From: Chiloscyllium plagiosum
Lineage: Eukaryota
Length of the DNA stretch: 64,000 bases
Direction of reading: 5' to 3'
NCBI RefSeq assembly: GCF_004010195.1
Contig: NC_057750.1
Coordinates: 4,164,382-4,228,381 of the forward strand
The position numbers and the translations under genes are program-made. A model generated the notes under the pieces. That model saw only the letters and a program-made list of their open reading frames with translations. It was not told where the DNA came from and did no database searches. Shown here piece by piece: positions 14,398 to 27,020 of the stretch (the first letter of the stretch is position 1; each line of letters starts with the position of its first letter).

Positions 14398-16070
14398 TTG
14401 TGTAATAGGTTAACATGCAGACTGTCGGTCTTAATGAGAACCTTCAAAATTGCACATTAAATATTGAGCAGCAGTTCAGAATATTTAAACTCAAGTTAGA
14501 TTGCAGCCTAGGAATCCTCAGAATTGTTTTTGTTTTCATTCTATAATGGGCAGGAATTCCATTGAAATAGTGAACTCGTGGAAGAGGTCATGATCAGTTT
14601 GAAAGTGGCTTAGATCAGACATAGAATGTGCGTCTAATTCAGGCAAAGACGGATATTGAAACAACTGCCATGAACCAAGATTGTATGATTGTTAAAAGTG
14701 TTAAAAATATTTACCCAGGATATTATTTTATGTAACGATACAGCAAGAACAATTTCCTTGTGCAAAACATTATTACATAATCAAACATTAAAAGCAATTC
14801 CGAGAAGCATTGAAAAGAACTAGGCTAGTTCAAAGTAGAGGTTACTTTATTCCACTTTGAGGACAGGAACAAAGGAAAAAGAGGTGTAACATATGGAATA
14901 AACTAACAAATAGAACATTTGAAGCAAAAATCTTGAATGCTCTAATGAAGACTCTGGGATCTTTCTGGATGGGTAAATCATCTTGATAAGAATCAGCCTT
15001 CATTATCCATGTTTTCTTGATCTGGTTTCTGCTGGCATCCTGTATTGTAGATGTTAGTACACTACTTGTTCTTGGTCTGTGGTGATTGCACTGCGGTCCA
15101 AATCATTGTGGTATCAACACAGTATTTTATCAAGAAGCATTTGCATGGCATGGCGGGTGCATGGCAATAGTTTAATCAATTTATTTTATGACCTAAAGGA
15201 TGAAATTGAAGATTTGAGTTTCTCAATATAATTAGATTTGGAACTTGAAGTTTTGGTTGTGCCATGTCAGCATACCTAGCATGACCCAGGTTAACTTCGA
15301 ATGTGTGTGGGCTGTGTCGTTACGCCACGAGAGTAAAAGATGATTTTTATTGAATCTTAATAACCTAGTCATATCTCATAATTTCTTTGGGACACTGTTG
15401 GAAAAAATTTCCTGGTCAATGAGCCTGAAACTCTGCTTGGCTGATGGATTTCCTGAGTGCCTCTGATTGCAAAACATAGGTGCAAAACTGAACTGCTTTC
15501 TTTTAAGGTACTTACATTCTCCTTAGTATCGTGGTTCTGACCAAAGGCACCTGAGATTTTTGAATCAGTGTCTTGAACTTGTGCAGTTCCATCGTTGCAC
15601 AATACTCTACAATGTGAGTTTAGTAAAAATAAAGTGTGATTCAGGTTTGCTATTTAAAATAATTGTGCATAGCCAACAGCTTGATGTCTTTAACGTGTTC
15701 ACACAATGCTGTGAATGATGTGACTTTACAGCTTTATGGATACAAAAAATAATCGCCAGTTAATTGCTGTGAAATTCTGTGTTCAGCATTCTTGTACAGA
15801 GATGCACGATATGTCTGCGTGAATTTCAAGGGTCTAGATTGAGTTTTGTTGAGCAAGTGGTTTATATTTAGTACTGCATGCATATCTTGTCAAATACATG
15901 TAATATTTTGTGAGGCTGTGAAGGCATGTTAACTGGAATTTTATTCAGTAGTGCGAATGTATCTGGGTGGGAACTAAAATGAGGCCACCAATTTTAATTC
16001 TACTTTCCAAAGTGTCACTGAAATTAAGCTGAGTGTGATCGTATCATTCAGTAACTAATCTGTGTTGGTC

Positions 16071-16296
16071 CATGATTTGGAGATGCCGGTGTTGGACTGG
16101 GGTATACAAAGGTAAAACTCACAAAACACCAGGTTATAGTCCAACACATTTAATTGGAAGCACTAGCTTTCGGGAGCGCTGCCCCTTCAGGTAGTTATGG
16201 ATACCACCACCTGATGAAGGAGCAGCACTCCAATAACTAGTGCTTCCAATTAAACCTGTTAGACTTTAACCTGGGGTTGTGTGATTTTTAAACTTT
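16071..16296. mobile_element. Family B inverted dimer
   Basis: Arms 16071-16191 (-) and 16208-16296 (+). The + arm starts cac-CTGATGA-aggagcagcactcc with GAAA mutated. Confidence 0.78.
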
Positions 16297-16477
16297 TATA
16301 TTGATCCAAACTCCTATTTGGAACAGTGAGCTATGTGTGTCCAAGGAACTGTTTTCTTTTACCCAACAAGGAATACTTTGCCTCATGTCCAAGATGTTAT
16401 TGTCGTTTGATTGTATCCTTGACCAAATCTATAACCACTATATGGAAGCAACTTGTTCGGTAGAGCTCATATAAACA

Positions 16478-16573
16478 CTCTCCTCATTCCTGAAGAAGGG
16501 CTCATGCCCGAAACGTCGATTCTCCTGCTCCTTGGATGCTGCCTGACCTGCACTTTTCCAGCAACACATTTTC
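16478..16573 (+). mobile_element. Family A short insertion with intact hammerhead core (16490-16517)
   Basis: CTGAAGA-a-gggc-tcat-gccc-GAAAC-GTC. 14-bp direct repeat agctcatataaaca at 16464-16477 and 16574-16587. Confidence 0.82.
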
Positions 16574-17439
16574 AGCTCATATAAACAAAGTCAGGTCTCG
16601 TCACTGACCATTCCCTTTAAGTACTTGTACAGGTTTCTGGCTGAATCCAAGTTCTCTCTGCCAACCTATGGAAATTATTGATATCGTGAGTCAGATTACT
16701 TAAGCACCACCTGCTTGCAATTTTTTTCCACAAGGATGTTTGCTAATCAAATCCTAATGCTCCGATGGTTGATCTAATTCTGATTTTAATTTATTTCTGT
16801 ATGAGCTGATTTGTATTCTGGAACCGAATATCTACAAACTCAAGTACTTAGCCACAAAGACTGTAGTACTTGCTTCTTTGTACGTTTTGGTGTCATCTCA
16901 TGGAGATGAAGGGGCACAGGCCATGTTTGTCAATCAATCTGGTCGAAGCTGATCAAACAGTTATTCAGTCACATGTCCAAGTCCAACCCAAAGTAGTTGC
17001 TCACTAATTGAATGGCTGCCGGAAGAATGCTGGCCTGATGCATGAATTGAATTAAATTGCTTTATCGAGCAAAAATGTTACCTACTTGTGATCAAAGATT
17101 ACCTTGCCTCACTGACTTTAATAGAGTTGGCTTCATTGCCCTGGCTTAAATCTAGCTACTGTATATGTGCAGGAGCACTTTATTTTGTGACTGTTCTTTT
17201 GGGATCCTGAACATTCTTTAAACAGATTTCCGTTGCTTTCTAATAACTTTGCAGCTCTTACCATTGTGTTTAGATATTCACAAAGCACTGAAATTTCAAA
17301 GTTTGCAGCTTTGATTTTTAACCTGTTTGAGATCTTGCCAGCTGTGAAGTCTAATACCAACCATTCCCATCCAGAACCTCAACCCTCATCCTGCATATTG
17401 CCACTGAATTACTCCTTACTAAAAACCAAAAATATTGAG

Positions 17440-17585
17440 GATGCTGTAAATCAGGAATAAAACCAGTTGCTGGAAAAGCTCAGTTCTGAGGAAGGGTCCC
17501 CAACAGAAACACTAACTTTGTTTCTGTTCACAGATGCTGCCAGACCTGCTGTGTTTTTCCACCAACTTCTGTTTTTGTTTCTGAG
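17440..17585. mobile_element. Older 'family C' hammerhead-like repeat, inverted arrangement; related relics near 3550-3715, 5200-5310, 27935-28030 and 63740-63860
   Basis: ttCTGAGGA-agggtc...GAAAC...acagatgctgccagacctgctg, preceded by an inverted partial arm. Confidence 0.5.
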
Positions 17586-18694
17586 TTAGTCCTTAGTCCT
17601 GTTTTTGAAGATGTTAACTAAACAAGAGAAAGAGATGGATAAGCCCAGTTTCATTTTTTCCATTCTTTGATTTAATGTTATGATCCCAGCTGATGTTGGA
17701 CAAGTTAGATACCAGACTGAAATCTGGCTTGATGGATCATATTTTTATTTAGTTTTATTGAGTTCTTTAGTTTTATTGATCTCTTGCTGAAACATGAGCA
17801 AATAATGCAGTTTTTTTTATTTGCGATAAAAGCAGTTTATTAATAAAAATGATAAAATAGAGTAAACCAAATTATCTAGATAACACACATTCTATAATTT
17901 TTAAGGAATAAAGTTATAATCCATTATTTCCAAAATAATTTATGAATTTAAAGAAGACACAGCTGTGTATAGTACCCAAAGACACATCTCGTATAATACC
18001 CACACCAAAGTCCCACACCGAGTCCACGATATTCTTCTCTCCTCAGAACCACTGATCCGCCAGCTATCTTCATCCAGAGTCTTCAGAACTGCCCAAAATT
18101 CCACAGTACTACGTCAATAAAACACTTTCTGTAAACTGAACTCTTTCCCTTAAGCTTAAGTTCCAGAAATCTCTAACAAATCTTGAGGCCCTATTATTTA
18201 CCTTGGTCATAGTAAAGCAGTCAAAAGTAAACAAAAATTCATTAGTCAGGTGCAAAACCCATTCATTCTAGAGCTGGCACCCAAAGACTGCGCTTTGAAA
18301 GAAATCACCATGGCTACAAAAATACCTAAATTAATTATTAACATCAAACACAAAACCCACATGTTACTAATTCAAACAGCGATGAACTAAGAACCCAAGC
18401 TTAAAATAAATGATATTAATATACATATAAATCACATTTTAGGCATCATCCACTGACCGTGCTTCATGCCAGCTGGCTCCTCAGACCACATGTGCTGTAC
18501 TTAGAAGAACTGGGCATGAATATTTTGTTTTAAAATCTGTCTCTTTAAGGCATGAAGTCCACTTTAAAACTTTGACCTGCCATACCATGTGAGTAGATGT
18601 TTATTATTTTGCAATGTCAGCATTGTAGAGGATTGATCTTTGGAGGTCTGGCCAAGTACATAATTGTGTTTACTTTTAAACTTCAAACAGATTT

Positions 18695-19220
18695 TAGATG
18701 ACACCAAAATTGGTGGTTTAGTGACAATGAAGAAGGTTGTCTAAGAATACAATGGGATCTTGATCTATTGGACCAGTGGGCTGAGGAATGGCAGGTGGAA
18801 TTTAATGCACATAAATGTGAGGTTTGCATTTTGTAAGACTAACCAGGGAAAGACTTGCAAAGTTAATGGTGGGGCTCTAGGGAGTGTTGTCAAACAGATC
18901 TAGGGATGCAATTACTTAATTCCTTAAGTGACATCACAGGTAGCCGCGGTGGTGAAGATGATGTTTGATATGCTTACCTTCACTGGTCAGAGCATTGAGT
19001 GTAGAAGTTAGGACGTCATTTTACAGCTGTACAAGACATTGGTAAGGCCACGATTGGAGTACTGCGTACGTTTCTCGTCGCACTGCTATAGAAAGAGTGC
19101 AAACAAAAATTTACAAGGATGTCACCAAGACTGCTAGGTTTGAGTTATAATGAGAGGGTGGGACATTCCTACTTGGAGTGTAGGAGGCTGAGGCATAATC
19201 TTCTAGTGGCTTATAAAATC
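18695..19220 (+). mobile_element. CR1 RT C-terminal fragment; continues at about 19833-19960
   Basis: gatgacaccaaaattggtgg (DDTKIG), WQVEFN..KC, LYKTLVRP.LEYC. Confidence 0.78.
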
Positions 19221-19832
19221 ATCATCGTTGGCGGTCCCTCACAGTTGAGGATGACTTTCTTCCACTCTGAGTGAGTCCATAGACGGCTGTATGGTCTGAT
19301 GTGGCTTCCACAGACTCTGCCACACTTGCAGCAACAGGTGTTTGTGGGAAGGGGTTGGTGGGACATTGGTGTAGCAGTATGCTGTTACCCTGTTTTTGCC
19401 TGGCCTCTGCCTTCCTGGAATTTTCTCCTTCACTTTGCACTGTATTGGGCAAGTGAATCCCAGGTGTCATTGGGAAAGTCGCCCTTCACCACAGAGGCCT
19501 TGAGGGTATCACTGAAGCATTTCCTAGTGCTTGCCATTTTGGAGCTGGGAGCAGAACACCTGCTTGGGAAGTCTTGTGTTGGTCATGTGGACCGTGTGCC
19601 AAGCCCATCGTAGCTGATCAATGGGTGGTCAGTCCCTCTATGCTGGGTGTTGCTTATGGTACCAGCTTTCTTCTGAGCAGGTTCTCAGGACCTTGCGCAG
19701 GCAGCATTGGTGGTACTACTCTACGCATTGGGGTGCCAATGTAGACAGTCCATGTCTCAGAACCATGTAGCAGGTGAGAGCCATCACAGTTCTGTGTACC
19801 ATGAGACTGATGTCGGATCTGATGTTTCCTTG
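19219..19832 (-). mobile_element. RTE-clade LINE 3' end nested in CR1
   Basis: Minus strand reads DQLRWAWHTVHMTNTRLPKQVFCSQLQNGK. (tga)n tail at about 19219-19228. Confidence 0.7.
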
Positions 19833-20026
19833 GGCAGGAACATGGATATGAAAGGTTTAGAGGGATATGGGATAAATGCAGGCAAATGGGCCTAGTTCTG
19901 TTTAAGAAATCTGGTCAGCATGAGCAAGTTGGTCTGAAGGGTCTGTTTCCATGCTTTATGTCCAGTGACCTGACACTGGGATTAAGATGTTAACTTTGTT
20001 TTCTCTCCTGATATGCTGCCAGACAT

Positions 20027-20630
20027 AGATGTACAGCACGAAAACAGATCCTTTAGCCCAACTTATCTCTGCTGACCAGATATCAGAAATTAATCTAGAC
20101 CCATTTGCCAGAACTTGGCCCATATCCCTCTAAATCCTTCATATTCATGTACCCATCCAGATGCCTTTTCAATGTTGTAATTGTACCAGTCTCCTCCACT
20201 TCTTCTGGCAGCTCATTCCATACACACACCATCCTCTGCATGAAAAAGTTGCCTGTTAGGTCCTTTTTCAAATCTTTCACCCCTCACCTTAAACCTATGC
20301 CCTCTAATTCTGGACTCATCAAACCCAGGGAAAAGACCTTGTCTATTTAACTTATCCATGCCCTTCATGATTTTATAAATCTCTATAAGGTCACCCCTCA
20401 GCCTCCAACGCTCCAGGGGAAACAGCCCCAGCCTATTCAGCCTCTCCCTCTCCAACCCTGCCAACAGCCTTGTAAATCTTTTCTGAACCCTTCCAAGTTT
20501 CACAACATCCTTCCGATAGGAAGGAGACCGGAATTACAAACCAATGTCCTCTACAGCTGCAATATTGCCTCCCAACTCCAATATTCAATGCTCTGACCAA
20601 TAAAGGAAATCCATACTAAACGCCGCCTTC
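20027..20630 (-). mobile_element. CR1 3' end
   Basis: Minus ORFs RVQKRFTR..RLNRLGLF..RLRGDLIEIYKIM..RGHRFK and FFMQRMVCVWNELP. Confidence 0.85.
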
Positions 20631-21968
20631 CTGGTGCTACGATCTAGTGAGGGCAGGAGTAGGAGGATAGAACAGATGAATGCATGGCTTAGGGGCTGGT
20701 GTATGGGAGAAGGATTCACATTTTAGGATCATTGGAATCTCTTTTTAGGGTGGAAGTGACCTGTACAAGAAGGACGCATTGCACAGGGAAATTTGCCAGA
20801 GCTGCTCAGGAGGATTTAAACTAGTAAGATGGGGGGTGAGATAGACCAGATCTAAAAGTTGAAGTGCAAAAATGGAGAAAGGCCAATTTTGATGGTATTA
20901 GGCAAGAACTTTCAAAAGCTGATTGGGGGCAAATGTTCGCAGATAAAGATGCGGCTGGAAAATGAGAAGCCTTCAGAAATGAGATAACAAGAATCCAGAG
21001 AAAGTATATTCCTGTTAGGGTGAAAGGGAAGGCTGGTAGGTATAGGGAATGCTGGATGACTAAAGAAATTGAGGGTTTGGTTAAGAAAAAGAAGGAAGCA
21101 TATGTCAGGTATAGACAGGAGAGATCGAGTGAATCCTTAGAGTATAAAGGCAGTAGGAGTATATTTAACAGGGAAATCAGGAGGGCAAAAAGGGGACATG
21201 AGGTAGCTTTGGCAAATAGAGTTAAGGAGAATCCAAAGGGTTTTTACAATTTTATTAAGGACAAAAGGGTAACTATGGAGAGAATAGGTCCCCTCAAAGA
21301 TCAGCAAGGCAGCCTTTGTGTGGAGCCGCAGAAAATGGTGGAGATAATAAACGAGTATATTGCTTCAGATTTTACTGTGGAAAAGGATATGCAAGGTATA
21401 GACTGTACAGAAATAGATGGTGACATCTTGCAAAATATCTAGATTACAGAGGATGAAGTGCTGGATGTCTTGAAACGCGTAAAGGTGGATAAATTCCCAG
21501 GACCTGATCAAGTGTACCCGAGAACTCTGTGGGAAGCTAGAGAAGTGATTGCTGGGCCCCTTGCTGAGATATTTGTATCATCGATAGTCACAGAAGAGGT
21601 GCCAGAAGACTGGAGATTGGTAAACATGGTGTTACTGTTTAAGAAGGGTGGTAAGGACAAGCCAGGGAACTATAGACCAGTGAGCCTGACCCTAGTGGTG
21701 GGCAAGTTGTTGGAGGGAATCCTGAGGGACAGGATATACATGTATTTGAAAGGCAAGGACTGATGAGGGATAGTCAACATGGCTTTGTGTGCGGGAAATC
21801 ATATGTCTCAAACTTGATTGAGTTTTTTGAAGAAGTAACAAAGAGGATTAATGAGGGTAGAGCAGTAGATGTGATTTATATGGACTTCCGTAAGGCTTTT
21901 GACAAGGTTCCCCATGTGAGTCTGATTAGCAAGGTTAGATCTCACGGAATACAAGAAGAACTAGCCCG
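20631..21968 (+). mobile_element. CR1 internal fragment (ORF1 end fused to tether and RT N-terminus)
   Basis: KENPKGFY, KFPGPDQVYPR, PEDWR..LFKKG..PGNYRPVSLT, SQHGF..SNLIEFFEEV..VDVIYMDFRKAFDKVPH. Confidence 0.9.
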
Positions 21969-21971
21969 TAA

Positions 21972-22845
21972 GTGTTCAAAGTTTGTGCGAAGATTTGTAG
22001 CTCGGGTGCTCGTTGTTGTGGTTCTGTTCGCCGAGCTGGAAGTTTTTGTTGCAAACGTTTCGTCCCCTGGCTAGGCGATATCATCAGTGCTTGGGAGCTC
22101 CTGCGAAGCGCTTCTTTGATGTTTCCTCCGGTCTGTCCCTGCCGCTTCCGGTTGTCAGTTTCAGCTGTCCGCTGTAGTGGTTGGTATATTGGGTCCAGGT
22201 CGATGTGTTTGTTGATGGAGTTTGTGGATGAATGCAATGCCTCTAGGAATTCCCTGGTTGTTCTCTGTCTGGTTTGCCCTAAGATAGTAGTGTTGTCCCA
22301 GTCAAATTCATGTTGCTTGTTGTCTGCATGTGTGGCTACTAAGGATAGCTGGTCGTGTCGTTTCGTGGCTAGTTGATGTTCATGTATGCGGATTGTTAGC
22401 TGTCTTCCTGTTTGTCCTATAAAGTGTTTTGTGCAGTCCTTGCATGGTATTAGTTTTGCTCATGTTGGGTATCGGGTCCTTCGTTCTGGTGAGTTGTTGT
22501 CTGAGCGTGGCTGTTGGTTTGTGTGCCGTTATGAGTCCTAGGGGTCGCAGTAGTTTGGCTGTCAGTTCTGAGATGCTCCTGATGTATGGTCGTGTGGCTA
22601 GTCCTTTTGGTTGTGGTATGTCCTCGTTCCGTGGTCTTTCTCTTAGGCATCTGTTGTTGAAGTTGCGCGGGTATCCGTTTTTGGCGAATACCTTGTATAG
22701 GTGTTCCTCTTCTTCTTTTTGCAGTTCTGGTGTACTGCAGTGTGTTGTGGCCCTTTTGAATAGTGTCCTGATGCAGCTTCGTTTGTGTGTGTTGGGGTGG
22801 TTACTTTCATAGTTTAGGACTGGGCTGTGTGTGTGGCTTTCCTGT
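21972..22845 (-). mobile_element. Penelope-like element 3' fragment, same family as 53305-55030
   Basis: Minus-strand translation includes YRKATH..LNYESNHP..KRSCIRTLFKRATTHCS..GYPRNF and GIY-YIG remnants. It ends at the same aaactttgaa terminus as the 55030 copy. Confidence 0.88.
22051..22090 (-). ncRNA. Hammerhead ribozyme motif with intact core
   Basis: Reverse complement reads gca-CTGATGA-tatcgcctagccaggggac-GAAAC-GTT-tgc: canonical CUGAUGA and GAAA, palindromic ACGU, GUU triplet, stem I gca/ugc. Confidence 0.72.
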
Positions 22846-25338
22846 ATACATCTTAAGGCATCCAGCACCACCACCTCTGTAATATGGACATATTTCAAGA
22901 TGTCTCCATCTATTTCTCCACATTCTATATCTTCCTTGTCCTTCTCCACAGTAAACACTGATGCAAAATACTCGTTTAGAATCTATTCCATCTCCTGCGG
23001 TTCCACACAATGGCCGCCTTGCTGATCTTTGAGGTGCCCTATTCTCTCCCTAGTTACCCTTTTGTCCTTTAATGTATTTGTAAAAACCCTTTGGATTCTC
23101 CTTAATTCTATTTGCCAAAGCTATCTCATGTCCCCTTTTTGCCCTCCTGATTTCCCTGTTAAGTGTACTCCTGCTGCTTTTATACTCTTCTTAGGATCCA
23201 CTTGATTGCTACTGCCTGTCCCTGACATATGCTTCCTCCTTTTTCTTGACCAAAATCTCAGTTTTTCTACTCATCCTGCATTCCCTATACCTACCAGCCT
23301 TGCCTTTCACCCTAACAGGAATACATTCTCTGGACTCTCGTTATCTCATTCCTGAAGGCTTCCCATTTTCCAGCCGTCCCTTTGCCTGCGAACATCTGCA
23401 CCCAATCGGATTTTGAAAGTTCTTGCCTAATACCGTCAAACTTGGCCTTTCTCCAATTTAGTGCTTTAATTTTTAGATCTGGTCTATCTTTTTCCATCTC
23501 TATTTTAAAACTAATAGAATGATGGTCACTGGCCCCAAAGTGCTCCCCCACTGACACCTCAGTCACTTGCCCTGCCTTATTTCCCAAGAGTCAGTCCAGT
23601 TTTGCACCTTCTCTCATAGCTATATCCACATACTGAATCAAGAAATTTTCTTGTATGCACAAATTCCTCTCCATCTAAACTTTAACACTATGATAGTCCT
23701 CGTCTATGTTTGAAAAGTTAAAATCCCCTTACATTGCCACCATATTATTCTTAAATATAACTGAGATGTCTTTACAAATTTGTCTCTCAATTTCCTGCTG
23801 ACTATTGGGTCGATTGTACAATCCCAATGAAGTAATTATCCCTTTCTTATTTCTCAGTTCCACCCAAATAACTTCCCTGAATGTATTCCCAGGAATACTC
23901 TCCCTAACTGCAGGCGTAATGTTATCCCTTATCAGAAAGAGCACTCCCTGTCCTCTCTTCCTTCCCTTTCTATCCTTTCTGTAGCATTTGTGTCCTGGAA
24001 CATTAAGCTACCAGTCCTGCCCATCCCTGAGCCATGTCCCTGTAATTGCTATGATATCCCAGTCCCGTGTTCCTAACCATGCCCTGAGTTCATTTGCTTT
24101 CCCTGTTAGGCCTCTTGTCTTGAAATAAATGCAGTTTAATTGACCTCGCTTTCTGCTTTGTTTCTGCCTGTCCTGACTGTTTGACTTGCTTCTTTTCCCA
24201 ACTGTACTAGTCTCAGACTGATCTCTTTCCTCGCTATCTCCCTGGGTCCCCCCCCCCCCCCACACACCTTATTAGTTTAAATCCTCCCGAGCAGCTCGAG
24301 CAAGTCTCCCTGCCAGTATATTCATCCCCTTCCAATTCAGGTGCATTCTGTCCTTAAACAGGTCACTTTTACCACAGAAGAGATTCCAATGATCCAAAAG
24401 TATAAACCCTTCTCCCCTGCACCAGCTCCTCAGCCAAGCATTCATCTGCTCTAACCTCTTATTGCTCACTAGTTCATAGCACTGGGAGTAATCCAGATAT
24501 TACTGTGCCCAAGGACCTCCTTTTTAAATTCCTGCCAACTTCCTGTATTCTCCATTCAGAGTCTTCTCCTTTTTCCTTCTGATATCATTTGTTCCAAAGT
24601 GTACAATGACCTCCTGTTGGTCCCACTCCCCTTTTGAGAATATCCTGCAATCTCTTCGAGATCTGTTTGATCCTGGCACCAGGGAGGCAACACACCATTC
24701 AGATTTCTCACTGTCGCTGTCTGTGCCTCTGACTAGAGAGTCCCCTTTCACAATCAACCCCTCGGTAAGAAACTTGGCTGTTTGCGGTATGTTCCCCTGA
24801 GAGTCCATCACCACCACCACCACCACCCCCCCCCTACATTTTCCAAAACAGCAAACCAATTTGAGATGAGGCTAGCCACAGGAGACTTCTGCACCATCTG
24901 CCTATCTCTCCAACCTTTCCTGGCAGTAATCCATCTAAATGACTGTATCTGTGGTTTTTCTCCCTTCCTATAACTGCCACCCTTCCCATCCCCTAGCTCC
25001 TGTAAATTCCTCATTGCCTCTAACTGCCACTCCAGCCGATCCATGCAATCTGACAGGATTTGCAACCAAAAACACTGCCTGCAGACATAATCATCAGTAA
25101 CATGGGAATTCTCCCTAATCTCCCATATCTGACAGGAAGAGGACGTCACTCTACTCAAGGCCATCTTGGCACCTTAACAATCTACTGAAAATAGCACAGT
25201 CTTACTGCTCTAAAAATTACTGCTCCAGGCTAACCTCGTACCTGAGTTTTATATTTTAAAATTTTAATCAAGAGATAGATAGCATTAAAACATATAACCA
25301 AAACAAACCCACTCTACTCACTATTAAATCGAAGACTG
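22846..25338 (-). mobile_element. CR1-clade LINE (HER1-like) 5' half: ORF1 zinc finger + SGNH/GDSL esterase, ORF2 AP endonuclease; degraded
   Basis: Minus ORFs give SSCQIWE...YVCRQC, IVKGDSLVRG, VHFGTNDI, KDRMHLNWKG (ORF1) and LNCIYFKTRGL..DIIAITGTWL, GASDHH (endonuclease), with frameshifts. Confidence 0.88.
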
Positions 25339-26429
25339 CATGCTGAAGTTCTCCAGCAGTTTCTCTTGCTTCAGATTTCCATTATCCCCAGTTTTATTAT
25401 TTCAACAATGAAGGTGTTTTTTTGTGTCCTTTCTGTTCTTGTGTGAGAGGATGCAAGGTTCCTCCTCATCCTTGTCCATTGACTGACCCCAGTGGGAAGT
25501 GCATGCATCTGTCTGAGGGTCAGTGCCATGATTGACCTTGCACTCCTGGAAAGCATCAGAGCCAAGGAGAGCTGACTTTTTTTTCTCTGGGAATGTGATA
25601 AACAGACTGTAGTAACTGTATTAAATAATGAATAATGTAACAGATCTTCAAGATTCTGGTTTGGCCTCATGTTAATGTTGCACATACACCAGAAAAGGTC
25701 AATAAATGAATGGAATTAGCTGCGTTGTTCATCTATCATCATTCCAATATGTGATTTAAACTCTGTCAACTTAACATTGGAGAGGTTTTTGTTAGCAATG
25801 ACTCCTGTTTGTATTTCCCTTGTTACATACACAAGGTTAAAGTAAAGCCATGAAGATGTCATCAATAAAACCAACACAAATGCTGGGCAACTTAATTTGG
25901 TGAATGAAGTGTAGGAGCTAGATAATTTACCCTAGGATTTGATTAACGTGGCTTATTTTTCAGAATTCTTTTTGTTTGTGTGTGATGTGCTGATTTTGCA
26001 GGTTTATCAGTATTCAAAGCTGCATAAGTATTGTCTAATCTTAGCTGCCTTGTGTAATCATGCTCCATGATAGTCAGCAAACCCAGGATGAAGTGAGTTT
26101 TCTGAAGTACCTCTTGCAAGAAATAATAAATATCCAAGGATTAGCTTCTGGCAGTAGAAATGGCTGTTGTACATGGAATTGGTAGAAAAAGGTTGCCATG
26201 TGAAGTACACCTGAAAGACTGGTGCTGTTTACTGTGAATGTAGAAACCATTTTTTTTAGGTAAAGTGCTTACCTCAAAAGTAATCTGTTAATGAAACTCC
26301 TCTGCCTACAAGTGTAATGTAGTATGAGTTTAATAACAGGCAAGTTATTCCCTGCAATTGTGGATTTATTTTTGCAGCCTTGTTGAGCTGTACCTGTTAG
26401 TACCAGATGCAAAATCTTCACCAGAGTTA

Positions 26430-27020
26430 GAGTCATAGAGCTGGACCACATGTCTTATTCATCCATGCTGACCAATTATCCTAAATTAATCTAGTCCCAT
26501 TTTGCCAGCATTAGACCCAAAGCACTCTTCAGTCCTTCCTACTATACATATAGCCATCCAGATGCCTTTTTTAAATGTTCTAATTGTACCCGTCTCCACC
26601 ACTTTCTCTGGCAGTTCATTCCGCACATGCACCACCCTCTTTGTAGAAAAAGTTGCTCCTTTTTAAATCTTTCCCCTCTTGCCTTAAACCTGTGCCCTCT
26701 AGTTTTGGACCCCTACCCCGGGGAAAAGTTTTGTCCATTCCTCCTATCCACACCCCTCATGATTTTATAAATTTCTTTAAGGTCAACCCTCAGCCTCTGA
26801 TGTTCCAGGGAAAACAGCCCCAGCCTATTCATCCTCTCCCTCCAGCTTAAACCCTCCAACCCTGGCAACATCCTTGTAAATCTTTTCTGAACCCTTTCAA
26901 GTTTCACAGCATCCTTCCGATAGGTAGGAGACCAGAATTGTGTGCAGTATTCCAAAAGTGTCCTACCAACATCCTGATCAGCTGTAACACGACCTCCCAA
27001 CTCCCTTACTCAAGGCACTG
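26430..27020 (-). mobile_element. CR1 3' fragment
   Basis: LEYCTQFWSPTYRKDAVKLERVQKRFTRMLPGL. Confidence 0.82.
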
